Assembly: GCA_964387845.1 (NCBI GenBank)
Contig: CAYLXA010000002.1
Span: 1-64,000 of the forward strand
Length of the DNA: 64,000 nt
DNA from: an uncultured bacterium
Lineage (GTDB): Bacteria; Omnitrophota; Omnitrophia; Omnitrophales; Abzuiibacteriaceae
Direction of reading: 5' to 3'
In this document: in pieces, positions 49,777 to 58,963 of the stretch
Numbering within the stretch: position 1 is the stretch's first letter
Layout: the number at the start of each line of letters is the position of its first letter
Made by a program: the position numbers and the translations under genes
The notes under the pieces: model-generated
Databases searched by the model: none
What the model was told of the DNA's origin: nothing
The model's input: only the letters and a program-made list of their open reading frames with translations

Positions 49777-52700
49777 ATGATTTCCGAAACTACTTCGCCT
49801 TTACCTAATATTAAAACATCGATGAGACCTCGCACGCTGAGCTTGCTCGTCCTATCATTTTTCTTTGTGTCCGGCGCCTGCGGCTTAATGTATCAAGTCG
49901 TGTGGCTTCGGGTGATGGGCCTCGTTTTTGGAAACACGACCTATGCCACCAGTGCGGTACTGTCGGGTTACATGGCGGGATTGGGGCTGGGAGCGCTGTG
50001 CTTCGGCAAGTGGATTGACAAGCCGTCAGCAGGAGATCCGGTTAAGCTTTATGGAATTATGGAGGGCGGAGTCGGAGCTTACGCGCTTTTGACGCCGTTT
50101 ATTTGGTATTTCATCGATTGGATCAACATCGTTTTTTACCGCGCCTTTAATCCCGAATTTCTTCAATTCAGTCTATTCAAATTTGCAGTGTCATTTGTGT
50201 TTTTGTTCATTCCGACATTTTTGATGGGCGGCACGCTGCCGGTGTTAAGCAAATTTTATATAGAGCATCGCGATCAGATTGCGCACAAGGTGGGGATTTT
50301 ATATGCGCTCAATACGGCAGGCGCCGTGCTAGGCGTGATTTTCAGCGGTTTTTTTTGTTTGTATTATTTTGGCGTATGGCAAACCACGGTTTTGACAGCC
50401 GTTCTTAACCTTTTGATTTTTGCCGCATGCTGGTTCTGGATTAAGGGGAATGCTGCGGGCGCTAGCGCTTTGCCGCCCGAAATCGCCGTTCAAGAACTGC
50501 CGGCTCCATCAAAATCGCAGCCAAATGCGTACTATACGACGCTGCTTGTTTTATTTGGGATTTCCGGCGGCGTTTCCATGATGTATGAAATCGGATGGAC
50601 GCGCATACTCGCCATTGTCGTCGGAAGCTCTATCTACGCATTTTCGGTAATGCTGTCGACGTTTCTATTGGGCATCGCCCTCGGCAGCTTTTTGTTCAGC
50701 TGGCTCTCCAAGCGGATCAAAATCGACCTATCCATTTTTGCCACCTTGCAAGCCGCCACTGCATTATTTGCTTTTTTGGGCATGAATCAATTTGAAGAAA
50801 TGCCATACCGCTTTTTAAAGCTCTATCACTGGTCTAAGCACACACCGTTTTTAATCGAGCTTGGAAGATTCGCGCTTTGTACAATCGTTATGCTGGGCCC
50901 GACCATTTGCATCGGCGCCATGTTTGCTTGCTTTATTCATTTGTATCATCAGCAAGAGCGTTTGGGGGGCGATATTGGCACGGCTTATTTTGCGAATACT
51001 GTGGGGACTATTTTTGGTTCGGCGCTGACCGGCTTTTTGATTATCCCAATCCTGGGAATTTACAAAACACTCATGGCCGCCGCCGGATTAAATGCCGCGA
51101 TCGGCGCGATTGCGTTTATGATGAGTTTGCCTAACCGGCAACTCAGGCGGACAATTGCTTTTTCCGTCGTGTTTGTTTTTACTTGGGTTGGTGCTAGCCT
51201 AGCGCGCCCGTGGAATAAATCAGTAATCACAAGCGGGGCGGTGGTTCGTCCGAACATGCATAACGCCAATTCGCAAGAAGAGTTTATCCGGTCTATGGAA
51301 AACCGGCTTAATCTGTTCTATAAGGAAGGGACGAGCGCAACGGTCAGCGTTAACCGAGTGCGCGATGTTATTTCACTCGCAGTGAATGGAAAAACAGATG
51401 CCTCTAACGGAACCGACGCGTTCAATCAATTTTTGCTTGGCCACTTGCCGATGCTGTTAAATCCGGATGCGCAAAAGGTACTTACCATCGGCCTGGGAAG
51501 CGGTTCGACGGTTGCCGCAGTCGCGTCTTACGCGGTCAAACAGATTGATTGCGTCGAACTGGAAGCTGCCGTGGTTGAGGGCGCCAGATTTTTTTCGGAA
51601 CTGAATCGAAATGTGCTAAACGACCCCAGGCTTCGCATGATTGTGAATGACGGCCGCAATTACTTAAAAATCAATCCTACGCTGTATGATGTCATCATTT
51701 CCGAACCTTCAAATCCATGGATGGCCGGTGTCGCTAATTTGTTTTCGCGCGAGCATTACGAAACAATGAAAGCGCGTCTCGCGCCGCAGGGGATCGTGTG
51801 CCAATGGCTTCACGCTTACAGCATGTCCGATCAGGATATGCGTATGATTATTCGAACATTCACGCTGGTATTTCCAAATACAAGTCTATGGACATCGAAT
51901 TATCCTGACCTGCTTCTGCTCGGGTCGAATGAACCGATTGAAATAGATTATCTCGAATTAAAAAAATCCTTTAACCGTCCGGAGGTTTTACAGGATTTTG
52001 AACCCTACGGAATTAAAACAGCGGATGGTTTTCTAGGCGCTTTTTGGCTGGATGACGAAGCGTTGCGTAGTTTTTCCGAAGGAGCCCGAATCAACAGCGA
52101 TAATTACCCCTACCTAGAATTTTCGGCACCGCGCCATTTGTATGACGATACGGTGAGCAGTAATTATCATTTAATCAACGCTTTTGCGTCGAAGCAGTAT
52201 CCAAAAATTAAAAACCTGAATCCTCCGATTGATCAAAATATTGAGTTTCATGTCAATATTGCCAGAAGCAACTTTTACCGGAAAATATACGGGAGGGTCC
52301 AAAGCGAACTTGACTTCATCAAAGAGCTGGATCCTAAAAACCCGGACTTGATCGAAATTTTGGGAATGGTTCAGTATGAGATGGGGAACTTTACAGACGC
52401 AGAGCGGCTGTTATCTGAATCTTTGATTCAAAATCCTGATTCACCCGAAACCCACTTCTACTTTGGATTGATCCAGCAAAGGAAGAAGCGCCACGAAAAT
52501 GCGATATTTTCTTTTGGTGAAGCGATACAGCTCGATTCGCGTGCCGCTAAGTATTACATAGCGCTGGGTGATTCATTGATGGAAATGAATGCGTTTGTCT
52601 CTGCGGTTGATGCTTTTGATCAGGCTTTGATTTATTCGCCTGCCAAGTTTGACTTATTGATTCGGAAGGCTTCCGCTCTCAGCCGTATTGTGCCGATCAA

Positions 52701-53001
52701 CGAGCAAATCAGATTTACGGAAGAGTTGCTTGAAATGTACCCGAAACATGTGGCGCTTTATGAAATGTTGGGAAATCTTTATCAAAATAACCATCAGCGC
52801 GATGACGCGGAAAAAATTTATTTAAGGATGATTCAAGAGTTTCCCCTGGAGCCCAACAGTTATTTGCAGCTCGGCATTTTATACGGCAAGACGGGCTCAA
52901 TGATGAAAGCAAAAGAGCAGCTCAAGAAGGCTGTACGCTATGATCCGGAACTGTTAAAAAACCCTGAAATTCAAAAAGTACTTCAGTATAAAGGTGCCTA
53001 A
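49777..53001 (+). CDS. Fused membrane domain / spermidine-synthase-like domain / C-terminal TPR repeats (1074 aa)
   Basis: About 12-14 TM helices. SpeE-like GLGSGSTV and DVIISEPSNPW. C-terminal TPR-like repeats. Confidence 0.7.
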   Translation: MISETTSPLPNIKTSMRPRTLSLLVLSFFFVSGACGLMYQVVWLRVMGLVFGNTTYATSAVLSGYMAGLGLGALCFGKWIDKPSAGDPVKLYGIMEGGVGAYALLTPFIWYFIDWINIVFYRAFNPEFLQFSLFKFAVSFVFLFIPTFLMGGTLPVLSKFYIEHRDQIAHKVGILYALNTAGAVLGVIFSGFFCLYYFGVWQTTVLTAVLNLLIFAACWFWIKGNAAGASALPPEIAVQELPAPSKSQPNAYYTTLLVLFGISGGVSMMYEIGWTRILAIVVGSSIYAFSVMLSTFLLGIALGSFLFSWLSKRIKIDLSIFATLQAATALFAFLGMNQFEEMPYRFLKLYHWSKHTPFLIELGRFALCTIVMLGPTICIGAMFACFIHLYHQQERLGGDIGTAYFANTVGTIFGSALTGFLIIPILGIYKTLMAAAGLNAAIGAIAFMMSLPNRQLRRTIAFSVVFVFTWVGASLARPWNKSVITSGAVVRPNMHNANSQEEFIRSMENRLNLFYKEGTSATVSVNRVRDVISLAVNGKTDASNGTDAFNQFLLGHLPMLLNPDAQKVLTIGLGSGSTVAAVASYAVKQIDCVELEAAVVEGARFFSELNRNVLNDPRLRMIVNDGRNYLKINPTLYDVIISEPSNPWMAGVANLFSREHYETMKARLAPQGIVCQWLHAYSMSDQDMRMIIRTFTLVFPNTSLWTSNYPDLLLLGSNEPIEIDYLELKKSFNRPEVLQDFEPYGIKTADGFLGAFWLDDEALRSFSEGARINSDNYPYLEFSAPRHLYDDTVSSNYHLINAFASKQYPKIKNLNPPIDQNIEFHVNIARSNFYRKIYGRVQSELDFIKELDPKNPDLIEILGMVQYEMGNFTDAERLLSESLIQNPDSPETHFYFGLIQQRKKRHENAIFSFGEAIQLDSRAAKYYIALGDSLMEMNAFVSAVDAFDQALIYSPAKFDLLIRKASALSRIVPINEQIRFTEELLEMYPKHVALYEMLGNLYQNNHQRDDAEKIYLRMIQEFPLEPNSYLQLGILYGKTGSMMKAKEQLKKAVRYDPELLKNPEIQKVLQYKGA

Positions 53002-53954
53002 TGGAAAAGTTTAACTATGCGCTGAGTGTTATCGTCCCATTTTTCAATGAAGAACAATCATTGCCGGGAATTATAAAAGGTGCGCAAGCAGTTTTGAGCC
53101 ATTTTTCACAGCAAAGCGAAATCATTTTTGTAGATGACGGCAGTGCGGATGCGGGTATTCAGATTGTCAAAAATGAGGCCAAATCAGATAAGCGTATTAA
53201 ATTGGTAGCGTTCAAAAAAAATTTCGGGCAGACCGCTGCCTGGGCTGCCGGTATTGATCATGCCAAGGGTGACGTTATTGCATTTTTGGATGCGGATTTA
53301 CAAAATGACCCGGCAGACATTCTGATGCTTGCAAAAAAACTTGGCGAAGGTTTTGATGTTATCAGTGGCTGGCGGAAGGACAGAAAGGATAGTCTCTTAA
53401 CGAGGCGCATTCCGTCACAGATCGCAAACTGGCTGATTTCAACCGTTACGGGTGTGCATTTGCATGACTACGGATGCTCTTTGAAGCTCTATCGCGCCGA
53501 AATTTTACGCGGCGTAAAGCTTTATGGAGAAATGCACCGCTTTCTGCCTGCTTACGCGGCTTGGGAAGGTGCGCGGATCACTGAAGTAATCGTCAATCAC
53601 CAAGAGCGGCGGCACGGTGTAAGTAAATACGGATTAGGAAGAATTTCAAAAGTAATCCTGGATCTCACGACCGTTTCTTTTCTGGGCGGTTTTGCGACAA
53701 AGCCTATTTATTTCTTCGGGCGGCTCGGTTTTGTGCTATTCCTTCTTGGTTTGGCGACCTTAGGCCTAGTGGCTTATCGTGTTTTGATTTTACAAAATAA
53801 AGAAGCAACGCCTGCGGTCTTTATGATGGTCGTATTTTTCATCTCTTCAATTCAGCTGATTTTAATGGGGTTGCTTGCTGAAATGGTGATGCGGGTTTAT
53901 CACCAAGGCCAGGAGAGGCCGGTTTATCGGATTTCAGAAAAAATCAATTTTTAA
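53001..53954 (+). CDS. GT2 polyprenyl-phosphate glycosyltransferase (ArnC/GtrB-like) with C-terminal TM helices
   Basis: LSVIVPFFNE. VDDGSAD. LDADLQNDP. Two C-terminal TMs. Confidence 0.8.
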   Translation: MEKFNYALSVIVPFFNEEQSLPGIIKGAQAVLSHFSQQSEIIFVDDGSADAGIQIVKNEAKSDKRIKLVAFKKNFGQTAAWAAGIDHAKGDVIAFLDADLQNDPADILMLAKKLGEGFDVISGWRKDRKDSLLTRRIPSQIANWLISTVTGVHLHDYGCSLKLYRAEILRGVKLYGEMHRFLPAYAAWEGARITEVIVNHQERRHGVSKYGLGRISKVILDLTTVSFLGGFATKPIYFFGRLGFVLFLLGLATLGLVAYRVLILQNKEATPAVFMMVVFFISSIQLILMGLLAEMVMRVYHQGQERPVYRISEKINF

Positions 53955-53973
53955 TTATCGCTAGGGCTTCACC

Positions 53974-55875
53974 GTGTGCGGAATCTACGGTTTTATCCAC
54001 CTGTCACAAAATTCCAAAATAGACGCAGGAATCTTAAATCAAATGAGCGGCTCGCTCAGGCATCGCGGGCCAGACGGGGAAGGCGCCTGGGTTGATGGTG
54101 CTGTCGCGTTTGGTCACCGGCGTCTGAAAATCATCGATTTAAGCGATAATGCCCGTCAGCCCATGTCTAACCGGGACGGCAGTATATGGATAACGTTTAA
54201 CGGAGAGATTTATAATTATCAAGATCATATTTCAGCGTTAAAGCAGAAGGGGTATCAATTTAAATCTACCTCAGACACTGAGATTATTTTGCACCTCTAC
54301 GAAGAGCATGGAATTGATTGCTTGAAGCACCTAAACGGGATGTTTGCGTTCGCGATTTGGGACAAGCGCAAAAACGAAGGGTATTTGGTCCGGGACCGTT
54401 TGGGTATTAAACCCCTCCATTATATCGAAGTGAACCGTAAGCTCATTTTTGCATCCGAAATCAAAGCAATTCTGAAGCATCCGGATGTAAGCCGTGAAGT
54501 TGATTTTCAATCGCTCGGTCAATATCTCAGTTTTGACTATGTTCCCGCGCCGAATACGATTTTGAGAAACGTTAAAAAGTTGGAGCCGGGACACTGCCTT
54601 AAGATCAAGCAAGGTTCCGTAGAGAGCATTCAATATTGGTCAGTTTCATATTCCGATCCAATAGAAAAAAAATCCGCAGCTGAATACGCGGAAGCCTTGC
54701 TGGATGTATTAAAAAGATCGGTGCGCCGTCATTTGATCTCCGATGTGCCGCTGGGGGCTTTTTTGAGCGGCGGAATTGACTCAAGTTCAATTTGTGTGCT
54801 GATGCGCGAACTTGGTGTTTCGAAAATCAAAACTTTTCATATCGGATTTGAAGAAGAATCCTTTGACGAAACGAAGTATGCGCGGCAAGTAGCGGCATAC
54901 CTGGGCACGGAGCATCATTCTGAAATTTTATCGGTCACAAAAGCGCGGGATTTGATTCCCGATATGATGGACTTTTTGGATGAGCCTTTTGGGGACGCTT
55001 CGTTTCTTCCAACCCTGCTACTATCCCAATTTACAAAAAAGCATGTGACAGTTTCGCTTAGCGGTGATGGTGGCGATGAAATTTTTGCCGGGTACCCAAC
55101 TTACCAAGCGCATTCGGTTGCTCGTAGTCTTGGCTGGATCCCGAAGTCCGTCTGGCAGCTGATGCGCGGCCTGACATCGCAGCTGCCTGTTTCAGACGAG
55201 AATTTAAGCACCGATTATAAGCTAAAAAAGTTTATCGATGGGATGGAGGAAGAGAATATGATTGCACGGCATTATCGGTGGTTGGGATCTTTTGATCCGA
55301 AAAGCCAGGCCGACTTGCTGTCAGCAGATGTTTGCGCTGCTTTGGGCGCTTTTGATCCGTATCAAATTGCAAAGGAATACGGTAGTGTAACTCGTCCGGA
55401 AGATTGGCTGGGCCGCCTTTTACATTGTGATCAAAGGTTTTATTTACAGGACAATATGCTGGTCAAGATTGACCGCGCAACGATGGCTGCGTCTCTGGAG
55501 GGAAGGGTCCCGTTTTTGGATCATGAAGTGGTTGAATTTGCAACCAAACTGCCGTCAAATTTGAAGTTGAACGGCCTGATAACCAAATACATTCTGAAGA
55601 AAACCATGAAACATCATCTTCCGGATGCCATCATCAACCGGAAGAAAAAGGGTTTTGGAATTCCTGTCGCCAAGTGGTTCAAAGCCGAGTTGAAGCCATT
55701 TTTGAAAGCAATATTTGAGCCGGCCAAAATTAAGCGTGAGGGATTCTTAAATCCGGCAGCCGTATCAAAATTATTAAGCGAGCATTTTGAAGGGAAGTTC
55801 GATCATAGAAAACAAATCTATACACTGCTTAATTTTGAACTTTGGCTTGAGCGGTATATTAGAAAATCGGACTAA
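53974..55875 (+). CDS. asnB: Asparagine synthase (glutamine-hydrolysing) family amidotransferase (AsnB/WbpS-like)
   Basis: N-terminal MCGI nucleophile. SGGIDSS PP-loop. Confidence 0.85.
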   Translation: MCGIYGFIHLSQNSKIDAGILNQMSGSLRHRGPDGEGAWVDGAVAFGHRRLKIIDLSDNARQPMSNRDGSIWITFNGEIYNYQDHISALKQKGYQFKSTSDTEIILHLYEEHGIDCLKHLNGMFAFAIWDKRKNEGYLVRDRLGIKPLHYIEVNRKLIFASEIKAILKHPDVSREVDFQSLGQYLSFDYVPAPNTILRNVKKLEPGHCLKIKQGSVESIQYWSVSYSDPIEKKSAAEYAEALLDVLKRSVRRHLISDVPLGAFLSGGIDSSSICVLMRELGVSKIKTFHIGFEEESFDETKYARQVAAYLGTEHHSEILSVTKARDLIPDMMDFLDEPFGDASFLPTLLLSQFTKKHVTVSLSGDGGDEIFAGYPTYQAHSVARSLGWIPKSVWQLMRGLTSQLPVSDENLSTDYKLKKFIDGMEEENMIARHYRWLGSFDPKSQADLLSADVCAALGAFDPYQIAKEYGSVTRPEDWLGRLLHCDQRFYLQDNMLVKIDRATMAASLEGRVPFLDHEVVEFATKLPSNLKLNGLITKYILKKTMKHHLPDAIINRKKKGFGIPVAKWFKAELKPFLKAIFEPAKIKREGFLNPAAVSKLLSEHFEGKFDHRKQIYTLLNFELWLERYIRKSD

Positions 55876-57812
55876 GTTTTCCGAAACGAAGCTGTTGTAA
55901 CGGAATCGTAAAACACCATCAAGATCTCATCAATCGGGATATCGGCCGTCAACTTAGGGTTCAAAATTTCAAATCGACCGTCCGTAACATTAACGAAACC
56001 AAAAGGCGCGATTTCACGGCTTGGCGCGGCAACCTGAACATAAACTTCGTAAATTCCGTCCGGAAATCCATCCCCTTGAATCAAATACCCCTCCTGCGTT
56101 AAACCGCTTTTTGCCGCTGCCTTTGGAAGCGATTCAGAGAAAAATTCATAACCAGTTTCATCTGCTATTCGGGGTTTTGCTGATAGCCGATAGGTATTAA
56201 CCTGCTCAATCAAAAGAGGTGCCTGTGTTTTGGGAATAGATTCCGTGATATAGAGCGTCGGATCACGATTAATAATAATCACATCGCCTTTTTTAATGAA
56301 TTGGTAAGAGCCGGGCCCTAAAACCAGTGGCTCGCTGGGGTTGTTGGCACGTTGCGGTAAATACGTCGTGATGGGCAGGTGATAGACTGGTTTTCCGGTA
56401 TAAAATTCGATCGCGTTACCGTAGAAGTGGTAGATGTATGTGACTTTATCGTTGATGTCAAAAACATAATCTTTGGGATGAATGGTATAGTAAGGCCCGA
56501 CCCAAAAAATACTAGAATTTTGAGACAAGCTTTTTGCGGCCTTGCTGATCTTGCCTGAAAAATCGTTCGAATAAACGGGATCGGCGAATTTTATGCACTC
56601 TGAAAATCCTTTCTGAAGAGGCGAGAAGGCAAACACAAAGCACAGCATGCCCGCAAAAGCATTCTTGATTTGATCCGATTTGATTCTGAGAGCTATAAAT
56701 TGAATAATTGCCAATGCGCCTTTCAGCGTGAAATAAAACACGGGCGGAAAGAGCGGAAACAAATAACGAGCTTCTCTGACGGCAATTACATAAGTTTGAA
56801 ATAGAAAAAAGGCAAAAAACCAAATGATGAAAAATAGTGACAATGGCCGCCTGTCCTTCGCTGACAGAAAAATCCCACCAACAAAAAGGAGATGGAGCGG
56901 AAAAGGAATCGATTTTAATAAAAATACATAGTTCCAGTTCGGGTTTTCCCAGCCTGTATTTTTTTGATACTGCGCAATCAGGTCTTGGACGAATTTCAGA
57001 ATTGACGAGTGCCATGGTGCTAAATCCAAAAGCGTATAGAGCAGGCCGGCCAGTAAGAAATAAACCGTAACCGGCACGATGAATAAAGCGATTAATTTCA
57101 CAAGCAAACCTACTTGTCGAGGCTTGCCCGTGCTCTTGATTTGAAAAACACGGTTAATGATTTCGTAGATAAGAAAAACGCCGAATAGAAACGGAATTAA
57201 GTTGTAGCGGATCCCGATTGCAAACATAGTCAAAATTCCAGCACTCCACAAAAAACCGGCATTTCCGGAGTTTTGACTCTTCCAATATAAATAAAATGCA
57301 GCCGAAGTGAATAAGGTGGCCGCAATGTCTTCTTTGGCAAACGGAGCATAGTGAATTAAGAGCGTATTGCCGGCCAGAAATAGAGTTCCGAGCAGCGCTT
57401 CGGTTTTACCAAATTCAAACCGCAAGAACTTGAAAAACACGAAAAGCAAAAGCAAGAACAAAGCAACGCAGGTCAGATGGACGGTTATCAGCGAGAAGTC
57501 GGGGCTTTGTGCCCATTGCTCTAAAATAAAGATCGGAGAAAGAAGGATCGGAAAAATAAAAGGTCTTTTCCAATAATAAGTCAGCGATTCATCCAATGTC
57601 GCAATTTTTCGGGCGTTGACCAGGGTTTCATAGGCGTCAAAAAAGTCAATTCTAAGGTGAAGCGCAACCCAAAATAGGTATAAGCCGAGAGCGACCAATA
57701 AGGAAACGATAATGAAGTTGATTTTGCTTCGAATGCGGTCTGTAAACGGGAGTGTTGCTTCAGGCAAGTTCAATCGGTGTACCTTTGCTGTTTTCGAAGC
57801 GCTAATCGACAA
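55872..57812 (-). CDS. GT-C-like polytopic membrane protein with a C-terminal periplasmic domain (ArnT/PMT_2-like)
   Basis: About 13 TM helices plus a ~200-aa C-terminal soluble domain. Confidence 0.45.
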   Translation of the reverse strand: MSISASKTAKVHRLNLPEATLPFTDRIRSKINFIIVSLLVALGLYLFWVALHLRIDFFDAYETLVNARKIATLDESLTYYWKRPFIFPILLSPIFILEQWAQSPDFSLITVHLTCVALFLLLLFVFFKFLRFEFGKTEALLGTLFLAGNTLLIHYAPFAKEDIAATLFTSAAFYLYWKSQNSGNAGFLWSAGILTMFAIGIRYNLIPFLFGVFLIYEIINRVFQIKSTGKPRQVGLLVKLIALFIVPVTVYFLLAGLLYTLLDLAPWHSSILKFVQDLIAQYQKNTGWENPNWNYVFLLKSIPFPLHLLFVGGIFLSAKDRRPLSLFFIIWFFAFFLFQTYVIAVREARYLFPLFPPVFYFTLKGALAIIQFIALRIKSDQIKNAFAGMLCFVFAFSPLQKGFSECIKFADPVYSNDFSGKISKAAKSLSQNSSIFWVGPYYTIHPKDYVFDINDKVTYIYHFYGNAIEFYTGKPVYHLPITTYLPQRANNPSEPLVLGPGSYQFIKKGDVIIINRDPTLYITESIPKTQAPLLIEQVNTYRLSAKPRIADETGYEFFSESLPKAAAKSGLTQEGYLIQGDGFPDGIYEVYVQVAAPSREIAPFGFVNVTDGRFEILNPKLTADIPIDEILMVFYDSVTTASFRKT

Positions 57813-58956
57813 CGACGACTTTTGCCGGAGGGAACCCGTTAAATGCGGCTACGGCACTGGCAGCCGAATAAGCTCCGATATTCTTGACGTAAATCACATT
57901 ACCGACGTCAAGCTCCGGAAGTTCCTCGCTGGCTGAAATCGTATCAAATGAATCGCAAGTCGGGCCGGCAAGCGTGCTTAAAAACCTTTGACCGCGGCGG
58001 AGAGTTTTGAATTCGTACTTGCAGTGATCAAAAACAATGCCCGAGAAATCCTGATAAATCCCATCATTCAAATAATAGTAATTTTTGTTATTCCGGAATG
58101 TGCGCCCCACGACTTCAGTCACTAAAATTCCTGCGGGGCCCACCAAAAAACGGCCCGGCTCAGCCATGAATTTCACGTCTTTATCAAACAAACGCTTCAT
58201 TTCGGTTTTGATGGCGCGCGCCATATTTTCGAATGTTGCGTGCTGGTCGTTGTCAAAGTGGCGGATCGGAAAACCGCCGCCGATATCAACCGTATTAAGA
58301 TAGATTCCTTCACGTTTTAATTCCTTGAAAATCGCCGACGTGACTTCGAGGGCTTGGACGTAGTTGCCGGTATTGGTGCACTGAGAGCCGACGTGAAAAC
58401 AGATGCCGGCTGGTGTTAAGCCGAGCTGTTTCGCTTTTTTCAGCAGGAAAGTGGCCTGATCGGGATCGGCGCCGAATTTGAGCGATAATTCGACTATGCT
58501 GCCCAAATTCGCGACCTTGATTCTTAGTAATACTTTGGCTCGCGGGCAATATTTGGCAATTTTGTATAGCTCGGGCTCATTGTCGAAAACGGTAAATTTT
58601 ACGCGGCAGGCACGCGCAAGCTTTAAATCCTCGGCAGATTTAATCGGATTGGCGAAGATGACTTGATCGGGCGAAGCGCCGAGGTCAATCACAGTCTTCA
58701 TTTCGGCTGCGCTCGCAACGTCAAATTTGGTGTTCAGCCGCAAAAATGTTTTGATGATTTCGGGGTTTGGATTGGCTTTGATCGCGTAATAAATCTGGAC
58801 CTGCGGCAGGTGTTTCTTGAAAAGCTGGTATTGCCTAATCAAAATACTGCGCTTGATCAGCATAAAAGGTGTCGAATGCTTCTTCAGAGATTTTCGGATC
58901 AGCGTTTCGACACCGTTCCCGGAAATTTGAGCTGTCTTGGTTAGGGTAGCGGGCAT
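57802..58956 (-). CDS. Ornithine decarboxylase (PLP fold-type III, eukaryotic-like ODC family)
   Basis: YAIKANPN (PLP Lys). HVGSQCT. DIGGGFP. GPTCDSFD. FNGF. All are ODC hallmarks. Confidence 0.75.
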   Translation of the reverse strand: MPATLTKTAQISGNGVETLIRKSLKKHSTPFMLIKRSILIRQYQLFKKHLPQVQIYYAIKANPNPEIIKTFLRLNTKFDVASAAEMKTVIDLGASPDQVIFANPIKSAEDLKLARACRVKFTVFDNEPELYKIAKYCPRAKVLLRIKVANLGSIVELSLKFGADPDQATFLLKKAKQLGLTPAGICFHVGSQCTNTGNYVQALEVTSAIFKELKREGIYLNTVDIGGGFPIRHFDNDQHATFENMARAIKTEMKRLFDKDVKFMAEPGRFLVGPAGILVTEVVGRTFRNNKNYYYLNDGIYQDFSGIVFDHCKYEFKTLRRGQRFLSTLAGPTCDSFDTISASEELPELDVGNVIYVKNIGAYSAASAVAAFNGFPPAKVVVVD

Positions 58957-58963
58957 CTAGGGA

